This document shows, one piece after another, positions 24,624-32,000 of a stretch of DNA of 32,000 nucleotides (positions are counted from its first letter, which is position 1; each line of letters starts with the position of its first letter). Source of the stretch: Longivirga aurantiaca. GTDB lineage: Bacteria > Actinomycetota > Actinomycetes > S36-B12 > CAIYMF01. The position numbers were made by a program, and so were the translations under genes. The DNA lies in assembly GCF_042660085.1 (NCBI RefSeq), contig NZ_JBHSTI010000002.1, forward strand, positions 420,001 to 452,000, in the 5' to 3' direction. The notes below the pieces were generated by a model. The model ran no database searches. It was given only the letters and a program-made list of their open reading frames with translations, and was not told the origin of the DNA.

Positions 24624-25097
24624 GTGACCACGGCGACCCGCACGGCCCTCGCGAGGCCGGACGAGGTCGCCGCCGTCGCGCTCGGGGGAGTGCTCGGCGC
24701 GCTGGCGCGGTACGCCGTGTCGGTCGCCGTGCCGCACGACGACCCTGCCGCCTGGCCGTGGGCCACCTTCGTGGTCAACCTGCTCGGCTGCCTGCTGCTC
24801 GGGATCCTGCTCGACGTGGTCGACGCCCGGCGCAGCGCGTGGGCCGTGACGCAGCCGTCCCGCGCCCGGCTCGCCCGGCCGTTCCTGGCGAGCGGCGTGC
24901 TCGGGGGCTTCACGACGTTCTCGACGTTCTCGCTCGAGGCGGTCAGGCTGGCGGGCGAGGGCCGTCCCGCGACCGCGGCGGCGTACGCCGGGTCGAGCGT
25001 GGTGCTCGGGGTGCTCGCCGTGCTGGTGGGTCGCCGGATGGGTGCGGCCGTGGCCGGCCCCGCCCCGGTCGACCTGCGGGAGGACGAGGACCTGTGA
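24624..25097 (+). CDS. crcB: fluoride channel CrcB/FluC, paralogue 1
   Basis: Four TM helices, with WATFVVNLLGCLLLG and GVLGGFTTFSTFSLE (the CrcB signature GGxTTFSTF). Confidence 0.85.
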   Translation: MTTATRTALARPDEVAAVALGGVLGALARYAVSVAVPHDDPAAWPWATFVVNLLGCLLLGILLDVVDARRSAWAVTQPSRARLARPFLASGVLGGFTTFSTFSLEAVRLAGEGRPATAAAYAGSSVVLGVLAVLVGRRMGAAVAGPAPVDLREDEDL

Positions 25098-25486
25098 CGC
25101 CGCTGGCCCTCCTCCTCGTCGCACTGGGTTCTGCTGTCGGCGCCCCGGTGCGCTTCCTCGTCGAGCGCCGTCTGGCCGGGGCCTACCCGTGGGGGACGTT
25201 CGTCGTGAACGTCGCAGGCTCGGCGCTTCTCGGCGTGGTGGTGGCAGCGGCCGGCACGTCAGGCTCGACGCCCGTGGTGGCGCTGGTGGGCATCGGCTTC
25301 TGCGGCGCGCTCACCACCTTCGGCGGCTACGCGGCCCAGGTGCTCGACCTCGCGGTGGCACCGGGCAGCGTCCCCGGGGGCCAGCGGCTGGTCCGCTCGC
25401 TGGTCTACGCCGCGCTCTCGGTGGCCGGGTGCGTGGCGGTGGCGGCGATCTCATACGTCACGGTCGTGTCGCTGACCTCCGGTTAG
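25094..25486 (+). CDS. crcB: fluoride channel CrcB/FluC, paralogue 2
   Basis: GTGA overlap with paralogue 1. Shows WGTFVVNVAGSALLG and GFCGALTTFGGY. This is the typical heterodimeric pair arrangement. Confidence 0.85.
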   Translation: MTPLALLLVALGSAVGAPVRFLVERRLAGAYPWGTFVVNVAGSALLGVVVAAAGTSGSTPVVALVGIGFCGALTTFGGYAAQVLDLAVAPGSVPGGQRLVRSLVYAALSVAGCVAVAAISYVTVVSLTSG

Positions 25487-25500
25487 CACCCGTTCACCTC

Positions 25501-25506
25501 TACCCT
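25501..25506 (+). promoter_or_regulatory. -10-like hexamer TACCCT, 6 nt before GTG 25513 (leaderless-type promoter)
   Basis: TANNNT hexamer, then the 6-nt spacer gccacc, then GTG, inside a 26-nt intergenic gap. Confidence 0.35.
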
Positions 25507-25512
25507 GCCACC

Positions 25513-28062
25513 GTGCGCAGACTCGGCAAGGTCCTCGGGATCATCGGCATCGTCCTGCTCGTGCTCGTCGTCGCCGCGGCGACCTTCGGGGCCTGGACGG
25601 TGCGGCGGTCCTTCCCCCAGGTGTCGGGAGAGCTCGCGCTCAAGGGGCTGAAGTCCGAGGTGACGGTGCTGCGCGACGAGCGCGGCATCCCGCAGATCTA
25701 CGCGGCGTCGGCCGAGGACCTCATGTTCGCGCAAGGCTACGTGCACGCCCAGGACCGCTTCTGGGAGATGGACTTCCGCCGCCACATCACGGCGGGCCGG
25801 CTCTCGGAGCTGTTCGGCAAGAGCCAGGTCGAGACCGACACCTACCTGCGCACCCTCGGGTGGCGCAGGGTCGCCGAGCGCGAGCTCGCCCTGCTCTCGC
25901 CCGAGACGCGCCGCAACCTCGACTCCTACTCCGCCGGCGTCAACGCGTGGCTGGCGGACCACTCCGGTGCGACGGCCTCGCTGGAGTACGCCGTGCTCGG
26001 GCTGCAGAACTCCGGCTACGTGATCGAGCCCTGGAGCCCGGTCGACTCCATCGCCTGGCTCAAGGCGATGGCCTGGGACCTGCGCGGCAACATGCAGGAG
26101 GAGATCAGCCGCTCGATCATCAGCGCGACGGTGGGCGAGAAGCGGACCGCACAGCTGTTCCCGCCGTACCCCTACCTCCAGCACCGCCCGATCGTGACCC
26201 AGGGCGCGGTCGTCGACGGCGTCTGGGACCAGAACGCTCCCCGCGACATCGCCACCGCCGCGGGACTCGCGCCCGCAGTGCCGCCGGACGCCGTGGACGT
26301 GCTCCGGGCGACGGGTGCGGCATCCGAGGCCATCACCGACATGCTCGGCCCGGACGGCCCCGGCATCGGCTCGAACTCGTGGGTGATCAGCGGCGAGAAG
26401 ACCGAGACGGGCCTGCCGCTGCTCGCCAACGACCCCCACCTCGGCCCGATGATGCCGAGCATCTGGTACCAGATCGGGCTGCACTGCACGACGGTGTCGG
26501 CCGAGTGCCCGTACGACATGGCGGGCTACAGCTTCTCCGGCCTCCCCGGCATCGTCATCGGTCACAACCAGACCGTCGGCTGGGGCTTCACCAACCTCGG
26601 GCCGGACGTGACCGACCTCTACCTCGAGAAGGTCGAGGGCGACACCTACCTCGTCGGCAACGAGCGCAAGCAGATGACCACCCGCCAGGAGACGATCAAG
26701 GTGGCCGGCGGTGACGACGTGGTCATCACCGTCCGCGAGACCGAGCACGGCCCGCTGCTCTCGGACGCGTCCGAGGAGCTGCGCACGGTCGGCGCCGATG
26801 CACCCGCCGGGATCGTCGCGCCGCCGAAGGGCGACGGGTACGCCGTCGCGCTGCGCTGGACGGCGCTCGAGCCCGGGCGCACGGCCGACGCGATCGACCG
26901 GCTCAACCGCGCCCAGACGTGGGAGGACTTCCGATCCGCCGCCTCGATCTTCGAGGTGCCCGCGCAGAACCTCATCTTCGCCTCGGTCGACGGCACGATC
27001 GGCTACCAGACGCCGGGCAAGATCCCGATCCGGTCGGGCTACGACGGCAAGTACCCCGCGCACGGCTGGGACCCGAAGCAGACCTGGACGGGCTACATCC
27101 CGTTCGAGGCGCTGCCGAACGTCAAGAACCCGGACGACGGCTGGGTGGTCACCGCCAACCAGGCGTCGGTGTACGAGTCGTACCCGTTCTTCCTCACCGA
27201 CGACTGGTCGTACGGCGCGCGCAGCCAGCGCATCGTCGACCTCGTGAAGCTCGCGACGTCCGACGGCCAGAAGATGACCGCCGACCGCATGCGCGAGATC
27301 CAGTTCGACGCGTGGAACGAGAACGCGGCGTTCCTCGTGCCCAAGATCAAGGCGCTGAACGTCGAGGGCGTGGACGGCGTGGCGCTGCTGAACGACTGGG
27401 ACTTCACGCAGCCCGCGGACTCCGCGCCGGCGGCGTACTTCAACGTGTTCTGGAAGAACCTGCTCACCGACGTCTTCATGGACGAGCTCCCGGAGGACGA
27501 GATCATCGGCGGCGGCGACCGCTGGTTCACCGCGGTGCGCGACCTCTGGGACAGCCCGGACGACGCGTGGTGGGACGACACGCGGACGCCGGACGTGCAG
27601 GAGTCGCGCGACGACGCCGTGCGCACGGCGCTGCAGGAGGCGCAGACCGAGCTCGCAGGGCTGCAGGGCGGCGACCCGCAGGGCTGGCGCTGGGGGGCGC
27701 TGCACACGCTGCTCGTGGAGAACCAGACCTTCGGCACGAGCGGCATCACGCCCATCGAGATGCTGTTCAACCGCGGTCCGGTCGAGACCTCCGGCGGCGA
27801 GTCGATCGTGAACGCGACCGGCTGGACGCTGCCGGAGTACACGGTCGACTGGGTGCCGTCGATGCGGATGGTGCTCGACATGTCGGATCTCGACCGGTCG
27901 ACCTGGGTCAACCTCACGGGTGCCAGTGGTCACGCCTACCACCCGAACTACGTCGACCAGCTCGACGCCTGGGCCGCCGGCGACACCTTCCCCTTCCCCT
28001 TCACCAAGCCCGCCGTGGAAGCCGCAGCGACCGACACTCTCACCCTCACCCCCGCCGGCTGA
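25513..28062 (+). CDS. penicillin acylase-family Ntn hydrolase (penicillin/AHL/lipopeptide acylase type), membrane-anchored or secreted
   Basis: N-terminal TM/signal helix, then RDERGIPQIYAASAEDLMFAQGYVHAQDRFWEMDFRRH. The candidate nucleophile site is GIG-SNSWV, followed by LLANDPHL. Length 849 aa. Confidence 0.9.
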   Translation: MRRLGKVLGIIGIVLLVLVVAAATFGAWTVRRSFPQVSGELALKGLKSEVTVLRDERGIPQIYAASAEDLMFAQGYVHAQDRFWEMDFRRHITAGRLSELFGKSQVETDTYLRTLGWRRVAERELALLSPETRRNLDSYSAGVNAWLADHSGATASLEYAVLGLQNSGYVIEPWSPVDSIAWLKAMAWDLRGNMQEEISRSIISATVGEKRTAQLFPPYPYLQHRPIVTQGAVVDGVWDQNAPRDIATAAGLAPAVPPDAVDVLRATGAASEAITDMLGPDGPGIGSNSWVISGEKTETGLPLLANDPHLGPMMPSIWYQIGLHCTTVSAECPYDMAGYSFSGLPGIVIGHNQTVGWGFTNLGPDVTDLYLEKVEGDTYLVGNERKQMTTRQETIKVAGGDDVVITVRETEHGPLLSDASEELRTVGADAPAGIVAPPKGDGYAVALRWTALEPGRTADAIDRLNRAQTWEDFRSAASIFEVPAQNLIFASVDGTIGYQTPGKIPIRSGYDGKYPAHGWDPKQTWTGYIPFEALPNVKNPDDGWVVTANQASVYESYPFFLTDDWSYGARSQRIVDLVKLATSDGQKMTADRMREIQFDAWNENAAFLVPKIKALNVEGVDGVALLNDWDFTQPADSAPAAYFNVFWKNLLTDVFMDELPEDEIIGGGDRWFTAVRDLWDSPDDAWWDDTRTPDVQESRDDAVRTALQEAQTELAGLQGGDPQGWRWGALHTLLVENQTFGTSGITPIEMLFNRGPVETSGGESIVNATGWTLPEYTVDWVPSMRMVLDMSDLDRSTWVNLTGASGHAYHPNYVDQLDAWAAGDTFPFPFTKPAVEAAATDTLTLTPAG

Positions 28063-28075
28063 CCGGACCCGGGGC

Positions 28076-28840
28076 GTGGACGACGAGGTCCTGGCTCGGG
28101 TCGACGCGTTCCTCGACGCCACGGTGCGCGACTCGACCGACCGCGTCGACGTCGGGCCGATGCGCGTGCTGCTGAGCCGCCGGCCGTGGCCGTACTACGC
28201 GCGCCCGCGCGCCGAGCTCGACCTGTCGGCGCCGGCCGCCGTGACGGGGGAGGACGTCGCGGCGGCGGCCGCGCTGCTCGAGCAGAACGGCGCGCCGGTC
28301 GCGTTCGAGTGGGTGCGCGAGCGCGTGCCGTCGATGGACGCCGCGGTGACGGCGTACGGATTGGCGGTCGAGGCCGCGCCGCTGCTGGTGCGTCGAGCCG
28401 AGCCGCTGACCGCGGCCCCGTCCCCCGGAGTCTCGGTGCGCCTCCTCGCCGCGGACGACGAGCTCGTGCCCGCCGCCTCGCAGGTGGTGGCGACGGCGTT
28501 CGGCTCGCCGTACGTCGAGGAGCACGACCACATCCGCAGCCGCATCGAGCGCGGTCTCAACGTGACCGCGGTGGCGCAGGCGGCGGACGGGTCGGTGGTG
28601 GGGGTGGCCACGCTGCAGCCGATCGACAGCACCGCGGAGATCGTCGGTGTGGCGGTGCTGCCCGAGCACCGGCGCCGCGGCATCGGTGCCGCCCTCGTCC
28701 GCGTGCTCGTCACGGAGGCGTCCGCCCTCGGTGTCGGCACCGTGCTCCTCTCGGCGGCGCCGGACGCGCTCGCGCTGTACGAGTCGCTCGGTTTCGCCGT
28801 GGTCGGCACGCTCGCGAGCGCGCCGCCCGACCCGCACTGA
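28076..28840 (+). CDS. GNAT-family N-acetyltransferase
   Basis: The acetyl-CoA binding motif is VGVAVLPEHRRRGIGAALV, followed by ALYESLGF. GTG 28076 is 13 nt after the acylase stop. Confidence 0.8.
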   Translation: MDDEVLARVDAFLDATVRDSTDRVDVGPMRVLLSRRPWPYYARPRAELDLSAPAAVTGEDVAAAAALLEQNGAPVAFEWVRERVPSMDAAVTAYGLAVEAAPLLVRRAEPLTAAPSPGVSVRLLAADDELVPAASQVVATAFGSPYVEEHDHIRSRIERGLNVTAVAQAADGSVVGVATLQPIDSTAEIVGVAVLPEHRRRGIGAALVRVLVTEASALGVGTVLLSAAPDALALYESLGFAVVGTLASAPPDPH

Positions 28841-28891
28841 GGCTCGGCCTGCGGGGTCAAGGAGGCTGGCACCGGCGTCGAAGGCAGAACG

Positions 28892-29539
28892 GTGGGGATC
28901 CGCACGCTCGTGGTGGTCGGCCTGTCCGCGTGGGCCGGCTGGCTGCTCGTGCGCGGGATCCTCCTCCGCACGGTCCCGTGGATCGGCCTCGGGCTGATCG
29001 CGGTGCCGCTGGTCGTCCTCGGCGTCACCGAGCGGCAGTGGGTCGACGCCGAGCACCGCTTCAGCGCGGTCGCCCGGGCGCTGGCCCCCGGCACCGACGG
29101 CGTCCACTGCCAGCGACTGGGTGAGACCTTCACGTACGCCGGTGCCGAGCTCGGCCACGTCGACTGGGACGAGGACGGCGTGCCGACGGGGCCCGCGATG
29201 GTGTCGTACGAGACGTGCGGACGCCTCGCCGCCTACCGCAACTCCTCGGGCACCGAACGGTCCGACCCGCCGCTCGACCAGGTGATCGCCGTGCACGTGC
29301 TCACCCACGAGGCGATGCACCTGGCCGGCCGGCTCCGGGAGGCCGATGCCGAGTGCGCCGCGATGCAGCGGGACGCATGGGTAGCGCAGCAGCTGGGTGC
29401 CACCGCCGCGGAGGGGCAGGCCCTGGCCGAGACGTACTGGCGCGAGGTCTACCCGCGCATGCCCGACGCCTACACCGACGACGCGTGCACCGCCGACGGC
29501 GACCTCGACGAGACGCCGGGCGACGGGCAGTGGCCCTAG
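28892..29539 (+). CDS. membrane-anchored HExxH-motif protein (putative zinc metallopeptidase-like), unknown family
   Basis: GAAGG lies 7 nt upstream of GTG 28892. Two N-terminal TM helices are followed by a 160-aa domain with 4 Cys and the motif HVLTHEAMHLAG. Confidence 0.6.
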   Translation: MGIRTLVVVGLSAWAGWLLVRGILLRTVPWIGLGLIAVPLVVLGVTERQWVDAEHRFSAVARALAPGTDGVHCQRLGETFTYAGAELGHVDWDEDGVPTGPAMVSYETCGRLAAYRNSSGTERSDPPLDQVIAVHVLTHEAMHLAGRLREADAECAAMQRDAWVAQQLGATAAEGQALAETYWREVYPRMPDAYTDDACTADGDLDETPGDGQWP

Positions 29540-29605
29540 CGAGCCAGGGATACGTCACGCGCGCGAAACCACCACCCCCTATCTTCACCACCACGACATG
29601 GGGTC

Positions 29606-31276
29606 GTGAGGAGCGAGGTGGTCGGGGTCGTGGCGCTGCCGGTGACGCTGCGCGCCATGCAGGCGCGCACGGGCGTCCGACGCGTGCTCGTCGGCTATGC
29701 GCTCTACTGCCTCGTCGAGATGGCGATGTGGATCGGCATCATCCTGTACGCCTTCGCCGAGGGCGGGGCGGTGATGGCCGGCGTCGTCGCCGTCGCGCAG
29801 CTCGTGCCCTCCGCGGTCATCGCCCCACTGCTGGCCGGCATCGCCGAGCGCCTCCCGCGCGGGCGCGCGCTCAGCCTGGCGTACCTCGGCGTCACCGCCA
29901 CCTGTGCCTGGACCCTCGCGGCGCTCGCCGCCGAGGCCGACATCTGGGTCGTGACCCTGGCAGCCGGTACGTCGGTCACCGCGATCGCGGTCGCACGCCC
30001 GCTGCACTACGCCGTGCTGCCGTCCATGGCCGTCGGCCCGGACGACCTCGTCTCCTCGATCTCGCTGTCGTCGATGGCCGAGGGGCTCGCGCTGTTCGCC
30101 GGCCCGATCCTCGCCGGCGTGGGCACCCAGGCGCTCGGCACCTGGTCGGTGGTCGCGTCCTGCACCGTCGCAGCGGCGCTCGCCACCGTGCTCGTGCTGG
30201 GGCTCGGGCTCGCGTCGTCCGCGCCGCCGCACCACGGCGGCGACGACGAGAGCCCGCTGCGCGAGGCGTTCGCGGGCTTCGCCGCGCTGCGAGGCGACCG
30301 GGGCGCGATCGCGCTCATGGTGGTGCTGACGACGTTCTTCGTCTTCATCGGCGCGATGGACGTGCTCGGCGTCGCCTACTCCGAGGACGTGCTGGGCCTC
30401 GGCCACTCCGGCTCGGGCCTGCTCATCGGCGCGGCCGGGATCGGCGCCTTCGTCGGGGCCGCGATCGCCGCGTCGTTCGTGCGCCGTCGCGAGCTGACGC
30501 CGGTCATCCTGGTCAGCGGCGTGCTCCTCGGGGCGGGGCTCGGCGCCGTGGCCCTGTTCACCGCGCTGCCCCCGGCGATGGCGGTGCTCGCCATCGGCGG
30601 CCTCGCCGGCCAGCTGCTGATGGTCGCGGGGCGCACGCTGCTGCAGCGCTCGACGGACGACTCGGTCATCGCACGCGTCTTCGCCGTCCAGGAGAGCACC
30701 TCGCTGCTCGGGCTGGCGCTCGGCTCCGCTCTCGCGCCGGTGCTGGTCGCCCTCATCTCCGCCCGTGGCGCGTTCATCCCGCTCGGCATCGGCATCGTCG
30801 CGTGCGCCTTCGTGTGCGCAGCGTTCATCCGCTCGCTCGACGCGCGCGCGGTCTACCGCCCGGTCGAGATGGAGCTGCTGCGCTCGGTGCCGTTCCTCGG
30901 CGTGCTGCCGCCGTACGAGCTCGAGCGGCTCGCGAAGACGGTCACCTGGCGCGAGGTGCCCGAGGGCACGGTCGTGGTCACCGAGGGCGAGCCCGGTCGG
31001 GACTTCTTCATCGTGGACGAGGGCTCGCTCGCCGTGCAGGTCGGCGGCGTCACCAGCCCCGAGCCGCTGACGGCTCCGGGGTGGTTCGGCGAGATCGCGC
31101 TGCTGCAGGACGTGCCGCGCACGGCCACGATCACGGCGCTCACGCCCGTGCGACTGCTGCGCATCCAGGCCGAGGACTTCCTCGCCGCCGTCACCGGCAG
31201 CCCGGACGGCCGGGCGCTCGCATCGGAGATCTCGGCGGGGCACCTCGCCCGCGACGCCGCCCGGCGAGCCACCTAG
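29606..31276 (+). CDS. MFS transporter fused to a C-terminal cyclic-nucleotide-binding (CAP-effector) domain
   Basis: About 12 TM helices are followed by LLRSVPFLGVLPPYELERLA...GEPGRDFFIVDEG...GWFGEIALLQDVPRTATITA. The start is uncertain (GTG 29606, GTG 29618 or ATG 29657). Confidence 0.85.
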   Translation: MRSEVVGVVALPVTLRAMQARTGVRRVLVGYALYCLVEMAMWIGIILYAFAEGGAVMAGVVAVAQLVPSAVIAPLLAGIAERLPRGRALSLAYLGVTATCAWTLAALAAEADIWVVTLAAGTSVTAIAVARPLHYAVLPSMAVGPDDLVSSISLSSMAEGLALFAGPILAGVGTQALGTWSVVASCTVAAALATVLVLGLGLASSAPPHHGGDDESPLREAFAGFAALRGDRGAIALMVVLTTFFVFIGAMDVLGVAYSEDVLGLGHSGSGLLIGAAGIGAFVGAAIAASFVRRRELTPVILVSGVLLGAGLGAVALFTALPPAMAVLAIGGLAGQLLMVAGRTLLQRSTDDSVIARVFAVQESTSLLGLALGSALAPVLVALISARGAFIPLGIGIVACAFVCAAFIRSLDARAVYRPVEMELLRSVPFLGVLPPYELERLAKTVTWREVPEGTVVVTEGEPGRDFFIVDEGSLAVQVGGVTSPEPLTAPGWFGEIALLQDVPRTATITALTPVRLLRIQAEDFLAAVTGSPDGRALASEISAGHLARDAARRAT

Positions 31277-31293
31277 CCGCGCACAGCGGGGAG

Positions 31294-31312
31294 GCCTGAG
31301 CGCCTCTCAGGC
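31294..31312. terminator. stem-loop between convergent genes
   Basis: GCCTGAG-cgcct-CTCAGGC, a 7-bp perfect stem. Confidence 0.4.
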
Positions 31313-31326
31313 GGCCTGGGGCACCT

Positions 31327-32000
31327 TCATCCGGAGAAGCGCCGGTAGGTGGTCGGCGTGAGGACGGCGTCGACGGGACGGTCGTGGGGCTCGTGCGGGA
31401 CGGAGTCGAGCACCTCGTCGTCGTGGACGACGGCGACGAGCAGCGGGCCGCCGTCCAGGTGCTCGGGCACGTCGGCGAGGAGCCGGTCGTAGAAGCCGCC
31501 GCCCTGGCCGAGCCGGCAGCCGTCGTGACCGACCGCCAGCGCGGGCACCAGCACCACCGAGCATCCCGACGCGGCGAGGCCGGCGGCGCCCGTGCCGAGC
31601 GCGGGGTCGGCAGCAGGCTCGGGGATCGCGAGCCTGTGCGCACGCGGCACGAGGTCGTCGGAGTCCCAGCCCCAGTCGAGGCGGCCGTCGTCGCGGATCA
31701 CGGGCAGCAGCACCCGTACGCCGGACAGAGCGAGGAGCGCCCGCAGCGCGCCGGTGCCCGGCTCGTCGCCGAGCGAGGCGTACGCCGCCACCACGCCACC
31801 ACCCGCGGCGACCAGCGCCGTCACCTCGGGGACCGTCCCGACCCGGACTGCCAGGCCGGACGCCACCTGCTCGCGGTCCGTCGCCGACCGCGCCGCCCGG
31901 GCCGTGCGCAGCCGTCGGCGCAGGACCTTCTTGGCGTCCGCGTCGTACGCCGCCCGGCCGCCGGCGGGGTCGGGGGCGGAGGTCGGCGAGGGGTCTCCCG
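31327..32000 (-). CDS. 5-formyltetrahydrofolate cyclo-ligase (MTHFS family), 5' end beyond the window
   Basis: Shows GQGGGFYDR and PHEPHDRPVDAVLTP. The frame stays open upstream of GTG 31866 (KKVLRRRLRTARAA, typical of the N-terminus) up to base 31998, with no start codon in between. Confidence 0.85.
   Translation of the reverse strand, partial: GDPSPTSAPDPAGGRAAYDADAKKVLRRRLRTARAARSATDREQVASGLAVRVGTVPEVTALVAAGGGVVAAYASLGDEPGTGALRALLALSGVRVLLPVIRDDGRLDWGWDSDDLVPRAHRLAIPEPAADPALGTGAAGLAASGCSVVLVPALAVGHDGCRLGQGGGFYDRLLADVPEHLDGGPLLVAVVHDDEVLDSVPHEPHDRPVDAVLTPTTYRRFSG

Noticed and set aside
25483-28122. 879-aa minus-strand ORF opposite the penicillin-acylase gene
   Set aside because: Same reasoning. 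The plus-strand frame carries the acylase signatures (QGYVHAQDRFWEMD, SNSWV, NDPHL), while the antisense product is Arg/Val/Gly/Asp-rich with no recognisable domain.

Overview
High-GC (roughly 70% or more by eye) actinobacterial-type chromosomal segment. It is densely coding: about 34 protein genes, 1 tRNA and 1 probable pseudogene. I saw no rRNA, CRISPR array, transposase, integrase or phage genes.

Gene order, left to right:
- 3' part of a P-type cation ATPase, then tRNA-Arg(CCT)
- cytoplasmic class-C-like serine hydrolase and a small ankyrin-repeat protein
- K+ channel with tandem RCK domains plus a tightly linked small membrane protein
- HAD hydrolase interrupted by an in-frame TGA
- Ser/Pro-linker lipoprotein, divergent from an ECF sigma factor and its membrane partner
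- minus-strand TetR-led operon: TetR, unknown enzyme-like protein, DUF389-like membrane protein, YbaK-type deacylase
- orphan TAT-lipoprotein polyamine-type binding protein
- mscL, a SAF-domain protein, and an FmdB/Ruc-type zinc-ribbon gene preceded by a textbook CIRCE operator
- about 16 kb of accessory-looking cargo: arsM-like methyltransferase; DeoR plus a sugar ABC importer with two atypically enlarged permeases; a 0.6 kb structured non-coding region with a 48-aa ORF absent from the ORF track; ABC-2 exporter; two crcB genes; penicillin-acylase-family protein; GNAT; HExxH membrane protein; MFS transporter fused to a cNMP-binding domain
- 5-formyl-THF cyclo-ligase, running off the right edge

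Many very long ORFs in the track (for example the 834-aa and 879-aa ones) are antisense shadows typical of high-GC DNA and were rejected.

I did not find a clear, self-evident novel system such as a defence island, RiPP cluster or retroelement. The best leads are:
- the 16 kb block that splits the mscL/FmdB and 5-FTHF-ligase neighbourhood
- the co-directional ABC-2 / crcB / acylase / GNAT / HExxH / MFS-cNMP array and its structured leader
- the enlarged sugar-ABC permeases
- the CIRCE-controlled FmdB gene
- a recurrent TANNNT-N6-start (leaderless-type) architecture at six genes

All family assignments rest on motifs read by eye, because no database search was possible.
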